Of a stretch of 64,000 nt of DNA, positions 23,226 through 34,426 are shown in pieces. The notes beneath the pieces are model-generated. The model saw nothing but the letters and a program-made list of their open reading frames with translations, made no database searches and was not told the origin of the DNA. Made by a program: the position numbers and the translations under genes. The stretch is from Heteronotia binoei (taxonomy: Eukaryota): positions 59,086,001 through 59,150,000 of the forward strand of contig NC_083226.1 of the NCBI RefSeq assembly GCF_032191835.1. The letters run 5' to 3'. Each line of letters starts with the position of its first letter. Position 1 is the stretch's first letter.

Positions 23226-24899
23226 TGTCAGCTAAAGTGAAAAATGTGCTCTTCTTTTTACAAGAAGGGTTGGGAAGAGGTTTTAGTACCAGCACCCTGA
23301 AGATGCAGGTGACAGCTATCTCTGCCATCAGGGAATTAAGAAACAGAGGTTCTTATATCAGCACCCCATTACGAGGGTCTTGAGTGGGACTTCCCTGATC
23401 ATTCCACCACAGGTCCATCATTTCCCCACTTAAAACCTGAATGTAGTTGTCAAGGTTCTTTCCAGGACAACCTTTGAGCCAATGGCCACTTGTCCCCTTG
23501 GGGAATTTACCTTTAAAGTCACTTTCCTGGTGGACATTACTTCAGCAAGGAGGGTGTCAGCGCTTGGAGCTCTCTGGACAAGGAGTTCTGTATTTTTCAT
23601 AATAATAGGGTGGTTCTTCACCCAGCATCCAGCCTTTTTCCTGAAAGTAAATTCAGCCTTTCATAGGTCGGAGGACTTGGTTGTCCCCTCTGTCTGACCC
23701 AATCCCAAACATCTTCAGAGAGAAAGTAGCACTGTTTGGATGTGAGGAGGGCTCTGAGTTTCTACATTATAGGGCCAAGCCATTGCATAAGACTGATTCT
23801 ATGTTTATCTCTTATAGGAAAGCTTCCTTGGGCTGCAGAGTCTCTATGTCCACCAATAGTAGGTAGGTTAGAGGATGCATTCTCCTTGCCTATAAGTCCA
23901 CAGGCATAGACCTTCCTTTGGGCATTATGGCACACTCCCTTAGAGGGGTGGCAACTTAAGTAGCGTACAGATCCTTTCTGTCCTTAAAGATCATATGCAA
24001 GGCTCCTACATGGAGGTCTGTCCACGCTTTCACCAGGCATTATAAGATTGATAGACTGGCCTCTTTGGAAGCTGTTTTTGGAAGAATAGTATTGCAGCAA
24101 GTCCTTTCAGTCTAGGAGCTGAGTCTCCACCCTCCCTTGGGCACACTGCTTTTCTATGTTCCAGAAACAGAGACTGCCCCACCCTGGACCACTGGAGAAC
24201 AGATTTGTTTCACTTATCATGAATCTTCCTCTGTGGTTCAGGGGTGGGGCAATCTCTTCCCACCCAAGGATAAATAAGTTGATGAGGATCCTGGTGTGGA
24301 GAGGGCATGATGTATGGATTTCTGATTACCGTCCTTCCTCTTCCTGGTGAGCTTCTCTAGGAGTTGTCTGGAGTCATGTTGGTGTTTTGAACAGTTATGT
24401 TGTTTTCTCAAATGTTCAGTCGGTTGTTTCTTCCAGATGTCATTTAATGTTTTGTTGTTGTTTTGAGAGGGTATGACCAAACCAGGTTCTCCAGGAATCA
24501 CACAAGTTCAGTGAACCTGCCTTCTCCCAAAAGTAGAGACTGCCCATCCCCTGGACCACTGAGAAGGAAAATTCATGGTAAGTGAAACAAATCTTCTGTT
24601 ACATTGCCTGATCCACATTAAAAGCAGTAATAAACTTGATGTGTTTGTGTGTTAGAGGTGTGTGTGTGTGTGTATCTATATTTGTGATTTGAAACTTATT
24701 TCCCTTTTTTTTAATAAATTGTTCCATGTCCCTCTGGGGAGAAAAGCAGCCTAAGAATGCTTAAATAAATAAATAAATAAGGCAGCTATGTAACTAGGAA
24801 AATTTTAGTCATTTTTCTGTCATTGTTGCCATCAGGATCTCATGTGAACAATCTTGTGACCCCTGGAACATATTTTTAATGACCTCTGTCTCTTTGGCT

Positions 24900-25480
24900 G
24901 CTTTTTGGCCCTGGCCCCAACCTGGCCCCAACCTCTCTGCATAACACCATCAGGCCCTTGCAGGATCTGATGCAATTCCATAGGGTCTGTAAGGCAGAGA
25001 TGTTTTGCCAGGCCTTTGAGGACAGCTATGGCTTCCATCTGGCCGACACCCTCCCCTGCTAAATGCATCTATCTTGTCCTCTTCCCCCCTGCCCATAAAT
25101 GTAGCCAGCAGTCAGAATTGGTTGTTTTCTAGTCACCATGTGATTGTTAAAATGTTCTGCTGAAGTTTTAAACTAGTTTTACTGCATTTTTTATGGATCT
25201 TGTACATCCAGGGCCTTTTTGTAGCAGGAGTTCCTTTGCATATCAGGCTTCACCCCCCTGATGTAGCCAATCCATCAAGAGCTTACTGCAGGCTCTTTAA
25301 GAAGACCCCTATAAACTCTTGGAGGACTGGCTACATCAGGGAGGTGTAGTCTAATACACAAAGGAATTCCTGTTACAAAAAAAGCTTTGTGTACATCGCC
25401 CAGAGCCCAGAAGCAGCAGGGATTGGACGATTTATAAATTTTAAGATAAATAACTAAAAAACAAACAAATAAATAAATAC
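24900..25480 (+). mobile_element. L2-clade LINE 3' end, interrupted by a MITE
   Basis: Translates ...APTSLHNTIRPLQDLMQFHRVCKAEMFCQAF (compare RALRCLDQFRRACKTHLFKIAF at 45493), with an (AAAT)n tail near 25470. Confidence 0.6.
25209..25389. mobile_element. Palindromic hAT MITE family B
   Basis: Perfect 8-bp TSD TGTACATC. Same arms as 11685. Confidence 0.9.
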
Positions 25481-26589
25481 ATTTTTAAAAATCTATTCAA
25501 AACCAGTTTGAAGGGGCTTTGTTACTTAAGCCCAGGTAAGGATAATATAGTATTAAGCTTTTCTGAATATATGTAGAATGTATATCATTAAAAAAACAAA
25601 TAAAACTGGGACTAGGGAGAAGTGCTTCCAAGTCAGAAAACAAAAACTTCTATACTGCACTGAATTCTGGCACTTTTTAATTCTAGAAGTAGCTTCAAAG
25701 AGACTACACGTGCAATATCTGACACCCAGACTATGGTACTCTAAAAAAAAAATTATTGCTAACACCTTTTCATCTTTTCGCAAGTGATTAAGAAAAACTA
25801 ATCATGCCAATCATTTGTCTGGAAGTTATATATACAAAGGGTTTATGTACACTATTCCTTTTGCTTTGCTAATTCATCATTAATTGACAGTTGATATGTT
25901 ACTCTTATGCCTAGATCTCATTTTTATTCTTTGCCTCTATATGCAACATACTTATACCTATACCCATAACTATTCTCTCTTTTTTCATTTGTAGTTATAT
26001 ACATATATGTGAATATGAATGTATGTATTCATAATCTGCAAGTCAAAGTTAAAGCAACATGCATCTTCAGAACAACATAGCTACCACTCTGGAATGCAAG
26101 AATTTGGAGACTGTGGTCAGTATATTTTTAAAAAATATATATAGCGCAGATATTGAAATCCTTTATGTTCAATATGGCTGGTTCCCAATGGTAAATAAAG
26201 GCATCCTACTGTGATTGGCTAAGAGGGAAGGGTAGAAAGATAAGAGGCAATGCAGTATCCATTGTTGACTCTTGCCTATGGATTTCATGTTGTTATCTGG
26301 AGGGTATCACGTTCTCAGGGTGCAGGCAGGCAGGAGTCCAAAGCCAGTCCAAGGTCTGAAACATCAGCGTGCCTCATGTCTTCGCTCTGAAAGCTCTTTC
26401 CAGAGCCTGCTTTGAACTCTTGAGATGGGAGGAGGAGAGCTTGGAGGAGATTGATCGTCAACAACTGACACTGGTGCCTGGAGAGTGATTGATGGGCCAG
26501 TTGCTGTTTGTTCAGCTGAAGAACTGGCTGGCAACTCTTCCAGGTCTGTTAACCCTTCCAGCTCCTCCTCATCAGGGCTCATGACACTA

Positions 26590-29500
26590 CCCCCCCCCCC
26601 CGCAGGGCCCCCCCCAACAGACGGGCCAGGCCGGTCAGGGTAGGCTGTGTGGAACTGCTGCACAAAGTCTGGGGTGTGTAAGTTGTCCGTGGGTTCCCAT
26701 GAACGGTCCTCGGGGCTACAGCCTTCCCAGTCCACAAGGTATTGGAGGTCCCTGCAGTGGATTCGGGAGTCCAGGAGCTGGTGGACCTTGTATTTCTCCT
26801 CATCATCGACCAGGACAAGAGGCGGCGGTGCTGGAGGTGGGATCCAGTGGTGTAGCAGGAACAAGGAGGGACCGGTGGAAGACCGGGTGGATGTGGAGGG
26901 TGGCCAGCAGCTATAGCCGGAAAGCAATAGGGTTGATTTTGTCCTTGATCAGGTAAGGTCCCGCAAAGTAAGGGTCCAGCTTGTGAGACCGGCCAGGCTG
27001 ATGCAGGTAATGGGTGGAGAGCCAGATGTGGTCCCCGGGCTTCAGTGGGGGCCCCACCTGTCGCTTTCAGTCGGCGGCTATCTTGTAGGCCTCTTTAGCC
27101 TGTTGGAGTTGCTCTCGGAGCAAGTCCTGGAGAGCCCGGAGTTCCTGCAGGTGCACATCAGCAGCAGGGACTGCTGTGGGGGGCAGCACTGCAGGGAAGA
27201 AGCGAGGGTGGTACCCATAGGTGGCAGCAAATGGGGTCTGTTGCGTGGACACATGTACGGCATTGTTGTACACATGTCTGGCATTGTTGTAGGCAAACTT
27301 GGCCAGGGGTAGCAAGGCGGCCCAGTCATCCTGCTGGTAGCTGGTGTAACAATGCAAGTATTGTTCCAGCATGGCATTCGTGCGTTCAGTTTGCCCATCT
27401 GTTTGGAGATGGTATGCTGAGGACAAATGCACCTGGGTGCCTAAGCTGGAGTGCAGGGCTTGCCAGAATCGGTAGGTGAACTGGGGGCCTCGATCTGAGA
27501 TCAAGTGTGCCGGGAGCCCATACAGGCAAAAGACATGCTGGAGGTAGAGCTGGGCGGCTTGGGACATAGAATAAAGTGAGCCATCTTGGTAAAGAAGTCC
27601 ACCATCACCAGGATGCAAGTGTGCCCCTTGGACCTGGGGAGCTTGGTGATAAAGTCCAGGGAGATGGTGTCCCAGGGTCCTGCAGGCGTGGGTAGGGGAT
27701 GTAAAAGCCCTGGGGGCTTGGCCAGTACATCCTTGGCCTGCCGGCAGACCTCACAGGAACTGACATAGCGGGCCGCATCGGCATGGATGCGAGGCCACCA
27801 GAACTCCCACGTGAGCATGTGCAGGGTCTTGTGTTGGCCAAAGTGCCCCGCAAAAGGGGAGTCATGGGTCAGGCGGAGCACATCAGCCCAGAGGGGTCCC
27901 GTAGGCACATATAGGCACCCACAGTGCAGGAGGAGACCTTGGCGGGTAAAGAGGTCCCCGGCCAGGCCATCTTGCACTTCCAGGAAGCATTGCTGAGACC
28001 AGGGGTCTTGGGCCTAGCTGGCCTAGATGTCTGCAGCCAAGGGCGGGCAAGTCGTGGTGGCAGTGAAGACTAAGGGTGTAAGGATGAGCCCAGTTGGGGT
28101 CTCCTCCATTAGAGGCACAGCGTACTCCGGTTTTCGGGAGAGAGCATCTGCTTTCCAGTTCTGGTTCTGCGGGATGTAGGTAATCCAGAAGTCAAACTGG
28201 GAAAAGAAGAGGGATCACCGGATCTGATGCTGGGTGAGGCGTCAAGCAGTCTGTAGATGCTCCAGGTTCCGGTAGTCAGTCAGGACCTGGATGGGGTGGC
28301 AGGCCTCTTCAAAGTGATGCCTCCAAACCTCAAAGGCAGCCTTGATGGCCAGGAGTTCTTGCTCCCAGATGGTGTAATTGCGCTCTGCGGGTGTCAGCTG
28401 CCGCAAGTAGTATGTGCAGGGTTGGAGCGGCTGGGAGGGGTCCTCCTGCTGAGATAGTACTGCGCCAAGGGCCACACTGAAGGTGTCAGTTTCTACTGTG
28501 AATGGCAGCTGCGAGTCTGGGTAACACAGGAGCGGCTCTGTGGTGAAGCAGGTTTTCAGGGTAGTGAAGGCATGGTCTGCCTCTGGAGTCCAGTGAAATG
28601 GCTCTTTGAGCTGGAGGAGCTGGTTCAGAGGCGTGGTTATGTCAGCATAGGCAGGGATGAACTGGCGGTAATAATTGGAAAAGCCAAGGAACTGCTGTAT
28701 GTCCTTGCGGTTCTGCAGCATCTGCCAGGTCAGGACCACCTTGACTTTGTTCGGGTCCATCCGAGTCCCATGGGGTGAGACAATGTGGCCAAGGAACTTG
28801 ACTGCTGTTAAGTCGAAGGCACATTTCTCTAGCTTGGCTTAGAGACCATGCTTGTACAGGCGTTGCAGGACCTGGCAGACATGCCTTGTGGGGCTTTGGA
28901 AATAAATTAAAATGTCATCTAAATAAATGATCACAAAGCAGTCGAGCAGGTCGTGGAAGATGTTGTTCATCGGCCTTTGGAAGGGGCATTGGTCAGGCCG
29001 AAGGGCATCAAGAGATACTCGTACTGGCCATAGTGGGTCCCAAAAGTCGTCTTCCATTCCTCTCCTGTGCGGATCCGCACCAAGTTGTATGTGCCCCAGA
29101 GGTCCAACTTGGTATTGACCTGAGTCCCCTTAAGGCAATCCAGTAGTTCTGGGATCAGTGGCAAAGGGTAGCGGTCCCGGACGGTGATTTTTTTCAGGGC
29201 CCGGTAGTCATTGCAGGGCCGGAGCTCGCCGCCTTTCTTCTTGACAAAGAGAACAGGGGTGGACAGCGGTGATGCAGATAGCCGGATAAAACCCCATTCC
29301 AGGTTTTTGGCGAGGAAGTCCCGCAGGGCTGCTAGCTCCAGTTCAGACATGGGATAGAGCTGCCCCATAGGCAGGGGTGCCCCTGGTATGAAATCGATGG
29401 CGTATTCACAAGGCCGGTGCGGGGAGAGCTGGTCGGCCCCCTTTTCCTCAAAGACATTGGCAAAGTCTGTGTAGGCCAGGGGGAGTAGAGGACCAGCAGC

Positions 29501-29977
29501 CAGGGCAACGGTGGCCAGAATGGCTGACCGGGCCTGGTGAGCACAAGAGTCCTTGAAGCTCAGCTTTCCGTGTGCCCAGTCCACAAGGGGGTTGAGCTTT
29601 ACGAGCCAGGAGAGTCCGAGAATGAGGGGAAAGCGGGGCATGCGAACAACATCAAATTGTACTTCCTCATGATGGTGTTGGATCTGGAGCGTGACCGGGT
29701 GGGCCTCCTGGGTCACTGGACCGGAGCGGAGGAGGCACCCATCAATGGCTTTGACCAGGGTCAGGGTGTCTTTGTCCTGCACCGGGATCTGGTGTTGCTT
29801 CACAAAGGCCACGTTGACGAAGCAGCAGGTGGCCCCGGAGTTGACCATGGTGTAGACGAACAGCCAGCGCCCACCTGGCAAGCTGAGTGTGACCAGTACA
29901 AGGAATGGGCCCTGGCTGGTAACGTAGGATTCAGGGAGCCCAGCTAGGTTCCCCAAGTCGGGGGGGGGGGGGTTCAC
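26590..29977 (-). pseudogene. Gypsy pol: protease, RT, RNase H, integrase with GPY/F module and chromodomain
   Basis: Protease MVNSGATCCF (catalytic D to N). RT LRPCNDYRAL, MPFGLTNAP, YLDDILI. RNase H TVETD..ERNY..QELLAI. IN H..GH...CEVC, ISLDFI, ISDRGPQF, QTDGQTERTN, GPY. Chromodomain YKVHQLLDSR..LQYLVDWEG..EDRSWEP. Multiple stops and frameshifts. Confidence 0.95.
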
Positions 29978-30883
29978 TCAGACTTGAGGCTGGTCTTTTA
30001 CTGGCGGCGGTGGCACGGTACTGGGCTGGGTGTACTTGGCAGGGCAGCCGTAGAAGTGCCCTGCCCCTCCACAATACAGGTAGAGATTCTGTGAGCGGTG
30101 CCGTACTTTTTCCTCGGGGGTGAACCGCAGCTGTGCAACCTCAAGTTGCATGGGCTCAGGGTCATCACTTGGGCCTGGTGTGCATTGAGGTTGTCACCGT
30201 CACTAGGCGGTGGGGCAGCTGAGAGGGACGGATGCTGCTTTGCGCTTGGCGACAGCTTTCCAAGCAGCCATCGATGCAGAGACACAGCGTGAATAGGCCT
30301 TGAAGCATGGCCGGTTGGTCTACTTGTGCCAGCTCATCAAGGACTTCATCAGCCAGCCCCTCCATATACTAGTCCATGAGGGCAGCCTCATTCCAGGCCA
30401 GGTCTTGGGCCAGAAGCTTGAACTCAGTGGAGTACTGGGAAACCAAGTCTCTGCCCTGCTTCAGGGTCTGGATCTTCCGATTGGCAATAGCTGCTTCCGA
30501 TTGCTGGGGGTTAGCAAAAGCTACCGCCATATGATCCAGAAAGCCCTGGTAGTCAATCAGCAGGGGCGATGGGGCTAGAAGCAAGGGGGTAGCCCATTTA
30601 GCTGCCTGCCCCTTTAAGAGGCTGACAATGAAGCATACCTTGGTCTTGTCATTGGGGAAGTCTCTGGTACGTAGTTCAATATACAGTTTGCACTGTGCCA
30701 GGAATGCAGGAAACTCCTCCACCTTCCCAGCGAACTTCTCTGGGGGAAGCACCGGGCACTTGGGTGGGGCAGCGACGTGGCTTGCTGCTGCTGTTGCAGG
30801 TGAGCCATCGTTTGAGTGAGGTGCTGTACCTGAGTGAGCAAGGTTGCTAGCTGCCCAGAGCCTCTGTTTGCCTTCTCATCCAT
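29978..30883 (-). pseudogene. Gypsy gag (PEG10/RTL1-like capsid, EPMQL motif, degenerate zinc knuckle)
   Basis: PEKFAGKVEEFPAFLAQCKLYI...FIVSLLKGQAAKWA; DDPEPMQL...LYLYCGGAGHFYGCP. Contains frameshifts and an in-frame stop. Confidence 0.92.
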
Positions 30884-31714
30884 CTTGTGGAGTGAGTGTG
30901 TGGGTGGAAGCAATCTGTCACGTTCTAAGGGTGCAGGCAGGCAGGAATCCAAAGCCAGTCCAAGGTCAAAGTCTAGGAAGTCAAGCAGGAGCCAAGTCAC
31001 CAATACAGAATCACAATCTGGAATCAGAAGTCAATGTCCAAAAGCCAAAAGGTCAGGGTGCCAAGGAAATCAAGCAGGTCAGGATCAGGAAGGAGCATGG
31101 ATGCAAGAAAAAGGATAGACTTGTTGCTTCCACAAGGTTACCAGGTCCTGGGTGGGAGCTATATGGGAGTCTCAATCAGCCTGCTCCCTGGGTGGCAGTG
31201 ACTCTGCTAGAACTCAGGGCTGAGAGATCTGAAGCTTCGACGTGCCTCATGTCTTCGCTCTGAAAGTTCTTTCTGGAGCCTGCTTCAAACTCTTGGGATG
31301 GGAGGAAGAGAGCTTGGAGGAGATTGATCATCAACAGCTGACATTGGTGCCTGGAGAGTGATTGATGGGCCAGCTGCTATTTGTTCAGCTGAGGAACTGG
31401 CCGGCAACTCTTCCAGGTCTGTTAACCCTTCCAACTCCTCCTCGTCAGGGCTCATGACACTGGGTTCACTTAAGGAACTTAGTTTGATTTATAGTTTATT
31501 CGATTTCTATCCTGCTCCATTTCCTGCAAGCAGGGCTCTTTAAGGATAATACTTATATGTGAGCTGTGCTGCCAAGGTTGCTGGTAATGGGCATAAACAG
31601 TGACTCCTACTATTTCTCCCCTGGAGATCACCAACCAGCAGCTTGGGGATTTCACTGTCAGCAGCCACTGTCAGTACCATTTATAGTTCCCTGCCTAGGT
31701 TACACAAAACCCAA

Positions 31715-31796
31715 AGAATTTGTATTCAGTAAGTTTGTGTCCTTGTGTTATTCAAGCCAAATGCATGTATGCACACACACATGCACACATGATCCT
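31715..31796 (+). repeat. 82-bp direct repeat, copy 1
   Basis: 79/82 identical to 34755-34836. Confidence 0.95.
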
Positions 31797-33870
31797 TACC
31801 CCAGGCTGGTTCTTGCTGCAGGTGTGATGTAAAAGTACTTCATTAGCAACACAGTACCAGAACAACATGCAACCCAGTACACAAATATTATCACCTCACT
31901 AATTTCCTGGAGTTGATACTTCTGTATTTCTACTGGGAAGTTATACTATTCCCAAAACTAAAATCATCATATTTTTCTTTGACACATTAGAGCAGAGGTG
32001 AACCTGAACAAACATTTTATCTTCATTTGGGGGATTCACATCTCTCGCTGTGTTTGCACTTGTGCCAATTCTACTAATTAAATAGCACAGAAATGCATCT
32101 ACCAGTTTAGCACAGTGAATAAATTCAGTGCATGCACTCATCTGATAAAACTTTCAACATAATTACTATAATGTCTCCATTTTTAATTTTAACTTTTAAA
32201 TTGGCTATTCAGATAAATAAGGGTTGTACTGACAAGGAAATAATTTCTCTGCCAAGTGCAAATGGCAGTTGTATAATAAAGATTCCAAGCTCTGTGGCAA
32301 TACAAGAACATCACTGAACAGTTATGTGACATATATATTAAAAATGAAGGTTCTCGAGTCATAAATGGAAAGGACATATGTGGACTGGTAATTAAATGCT
32401 ATACATTTGTTTAAAGCAGATAATTCTGACAGTCTTTAAAAAATAAATAAACCAGGAAGTAAGAGGTAAGCCAAGACTGAAAAGTTCACAATAATTTGTA
32501 CCACAAAATCTAATGCAGCATTCTCCACTTAGTTTTTGCAAAGCTGTCCATTTTCTGGACATGCAGTTTACAAAGGAAAACTGCACAAGCACAACCATGC
32601 CAATGACTGGGCTCCTGAGCTGTTTGAAAAGCCTCTTCAAATGCCCATATAAAATCCTCCTCAGGCCTATTTCCTTCCCACCACTGCTTTTTCATTTCCT
32701 TTATTTATTAAGCACCCCATGTAAGGGATTGCTAACAAACAAAGGTATAGCAACTCTAATGACAGCTGCTACTCCCCAGGCTCTAAAATTGGGCCACAGA
32801 TTAGTATGAATCCATGAATCATGAATTGGTATAGCTAGAGATGACTGTAGCTAGAAATGACTATGAATTCACTTAATCCAACCTTTAGGAATCAGTCAGT
32901 GCCACCTATTACTCCCCACTTTTTCTTCTTTCTAGATCAAAACCACAAGGAGTCATAATCTGATAATATGATATATTTAGAAAATGTCAGGGGGACAAGG
33001 GGGGACTATTGTTTATTTTTAGGCTTACTGTAGTTTGGAGGAGTTGAGTCTATATATTGCTTGGGAAAGCATTATTGCTGAATAAGTGGTAAAGAGTGCT
33101 TAAAGAAACTTTTTTTGTGTGAAGAAACATTCTTGGAATGCATTATATCAGGATATTGAAGCCTCTAGTAATAGGAAATAGGAAATAGCCTCCTAGTAAT
33201 AGGAAGTAATAGGAAAATGTATAACAAGACCCTATGAATGCAGTGTAAAGTAGGGCAAATAGAAGATAGAAAGGGTGCTTTTTTTCTCCGGGTGGGGCGG
33301 GGGATGCCAAAACAGGTGGTGAGGTTCCAATACTTGTTAAATAATATGAAGTCCCTTTGGAAAGTGAAATGGTTTGTAGCCTTGATAAATTAATAATAGG
33401 TCAAGAGTATGGCTGTTCAAAAGTATGATTCAGAAAATGTCTACTACCCCTTCTGACCTTGATGTTAATGAATCATATCAATTTAAATGAAGTCAAAAGA
33501 TTCTCATAATACACAAAAAATTATTCCAGAATTTGCCCAATTGTGGAAAAGCCTGCATACATAATGAGAACAATATTTTGGATTACTAACTGTGAAAATC
33601 TGCATTGACAATTAGCATTAGGATTTTCAGTAAAACAATTCAAATCCTCCTGAATATCCAGGTACTGGCACAAGCATTTGAACAGTCTGCCAACTAGATA
33701 TCTGCCTCTGTACAGGACTCTGGCCAGAGGCTACAGAACTCTCAAGAATATATAAACAATTAAAGATTTTGCAGCATTTGAAAACTTTTCTTGTAATGTT
33801 CAGAAATTAGTTTTTAACCCAACTCTCTCCAATGCTGCTGTTTTAAGCACTGAAACAAACCAAGATTCAG

Positions 33871-33872
<2 letters not shown>

Positions 33873-33924
<52 letters not shown>
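33873..33924. repeat. (AT)26 microsatellite
   Basis: Read directly from sequence; ~310 bp into the intron after exon 9. Confidence 0.98.
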
Positions 33925-33926
<2 letters not shown>

Positions 33927-34235
33927 TAAGAAAAAGAACAAATATTAATGCTCAAAGCTCCACATACATAAGCTTCCATAATACATTCTCATTAAAGTTT
34001 AAAAAATGAATACATTTCTTCAATTAGTATTATCATTATGAAATATGACTCTCTTTCCCTCAAGCTCACTGCTAGGTTTTAAGAAGACACAAATTAACTG
34101 TGACTAAAATAAATGAACAACTCAAATGAAATGGGTGGAAGAAGAGGTGGGAGTATATGGGTAAAGCACTAAAAAGCATGGAAATCACAGCATATTTAAC
34201 TTAAACTAAACAGAGCACAAGATGTTCGTTATCAC

Positions 34236-34426
34236 CTGGAAGATCTCTTTGTTTTCCTTCTTCTCTGCAACCAGGCCTTTACCTCAGGTGTCATTTCAGG
34301 GGTGGGTTTTGTATGATCAATGGTGTATAAATCTTTTCCTTGTTTCCACAGCTGGTATCTGTCAGGCTGGAATTTCTTCACAAAGACATCCATTGATATT
34401 GTCACCATGTCTTGCCTACAGGTACA
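34236..34426 (-). CDS. KDM4C: KDM4C coding exon (equivalent to human exon 9), 191 nt, phase 0 to phase 2
   Basis: Minus strand ttttctag|TGT ACC TGT AGG ... TCT TCC AG|gtgata. Translates [63 protein letters not shown], closely matching human KDM4[59 protein letters not shown] (recalled). Not present in the ORF track. Confidence 0.97.

Larger units (their letters stand above)
19205..24600 (+). mobile_element. DIRS1-type tyrosine-recombinase retrotransposon, decayed, internally deleted, with nested insertions
   Basis: Gag-like ...ASFDSIQLSARTMAFNMTARRNTWLHSW...DKDKKKSLP (~20830-21035). RT start FFIVPEKNRDVRDILDLKWL and GDFLTSIDL. Recombinase with TSARRVS, HSLR (23933-23944) and RHY (24038-24043), stop at 24115. 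Internal complementary region 24169-24257, 3' terminal repeat to ~24600, and 5' inverted-repeat remnant at 19205-19295. Confidence 0.9.
26305..31459 (-). mobile_element. Full-length, inactivated Ty3/gypsy chromovirus-type (Tf1/sushi group) LTR retrotransposon
   Basis: 5' LTR 30916-31459 (TGTCA..TGACA, 544 bp) and 3' LTR 26305-26586 (282 bp). Polypurine tract GGGGGGGGGGGGTAG next to the 3' LTR. gag, PR, RT, RNase H, IN and chromodomain in order. About 23 differences in 282 alignable LTR bases. Confidence 0.97.

Noticed and set aside
26300-26304. Target-site duplication for the gypsy element
   Set aside because: Flanks GAGGG and CTGGG (31460-31464) match only 3/5, so no TSD is claimed.
26590-30883. 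Gag/pol resembles domesticated sushi-derived genes (PEG10/RTL1)
   Set aside because: Multiple stops and frameshifts, protease D-to-N, broken zinc knuckle and both LTRs present indicate a decaying transposon, not a domesticated gene.
31900-32800. Repeat-free stretch with several short ORFs and homeobox/GATA-like motifs (possible cryptic exon or conserved enhancer)
   Set aside because: No homology or convincing splice pair; conservation cannot be judged without alignments.
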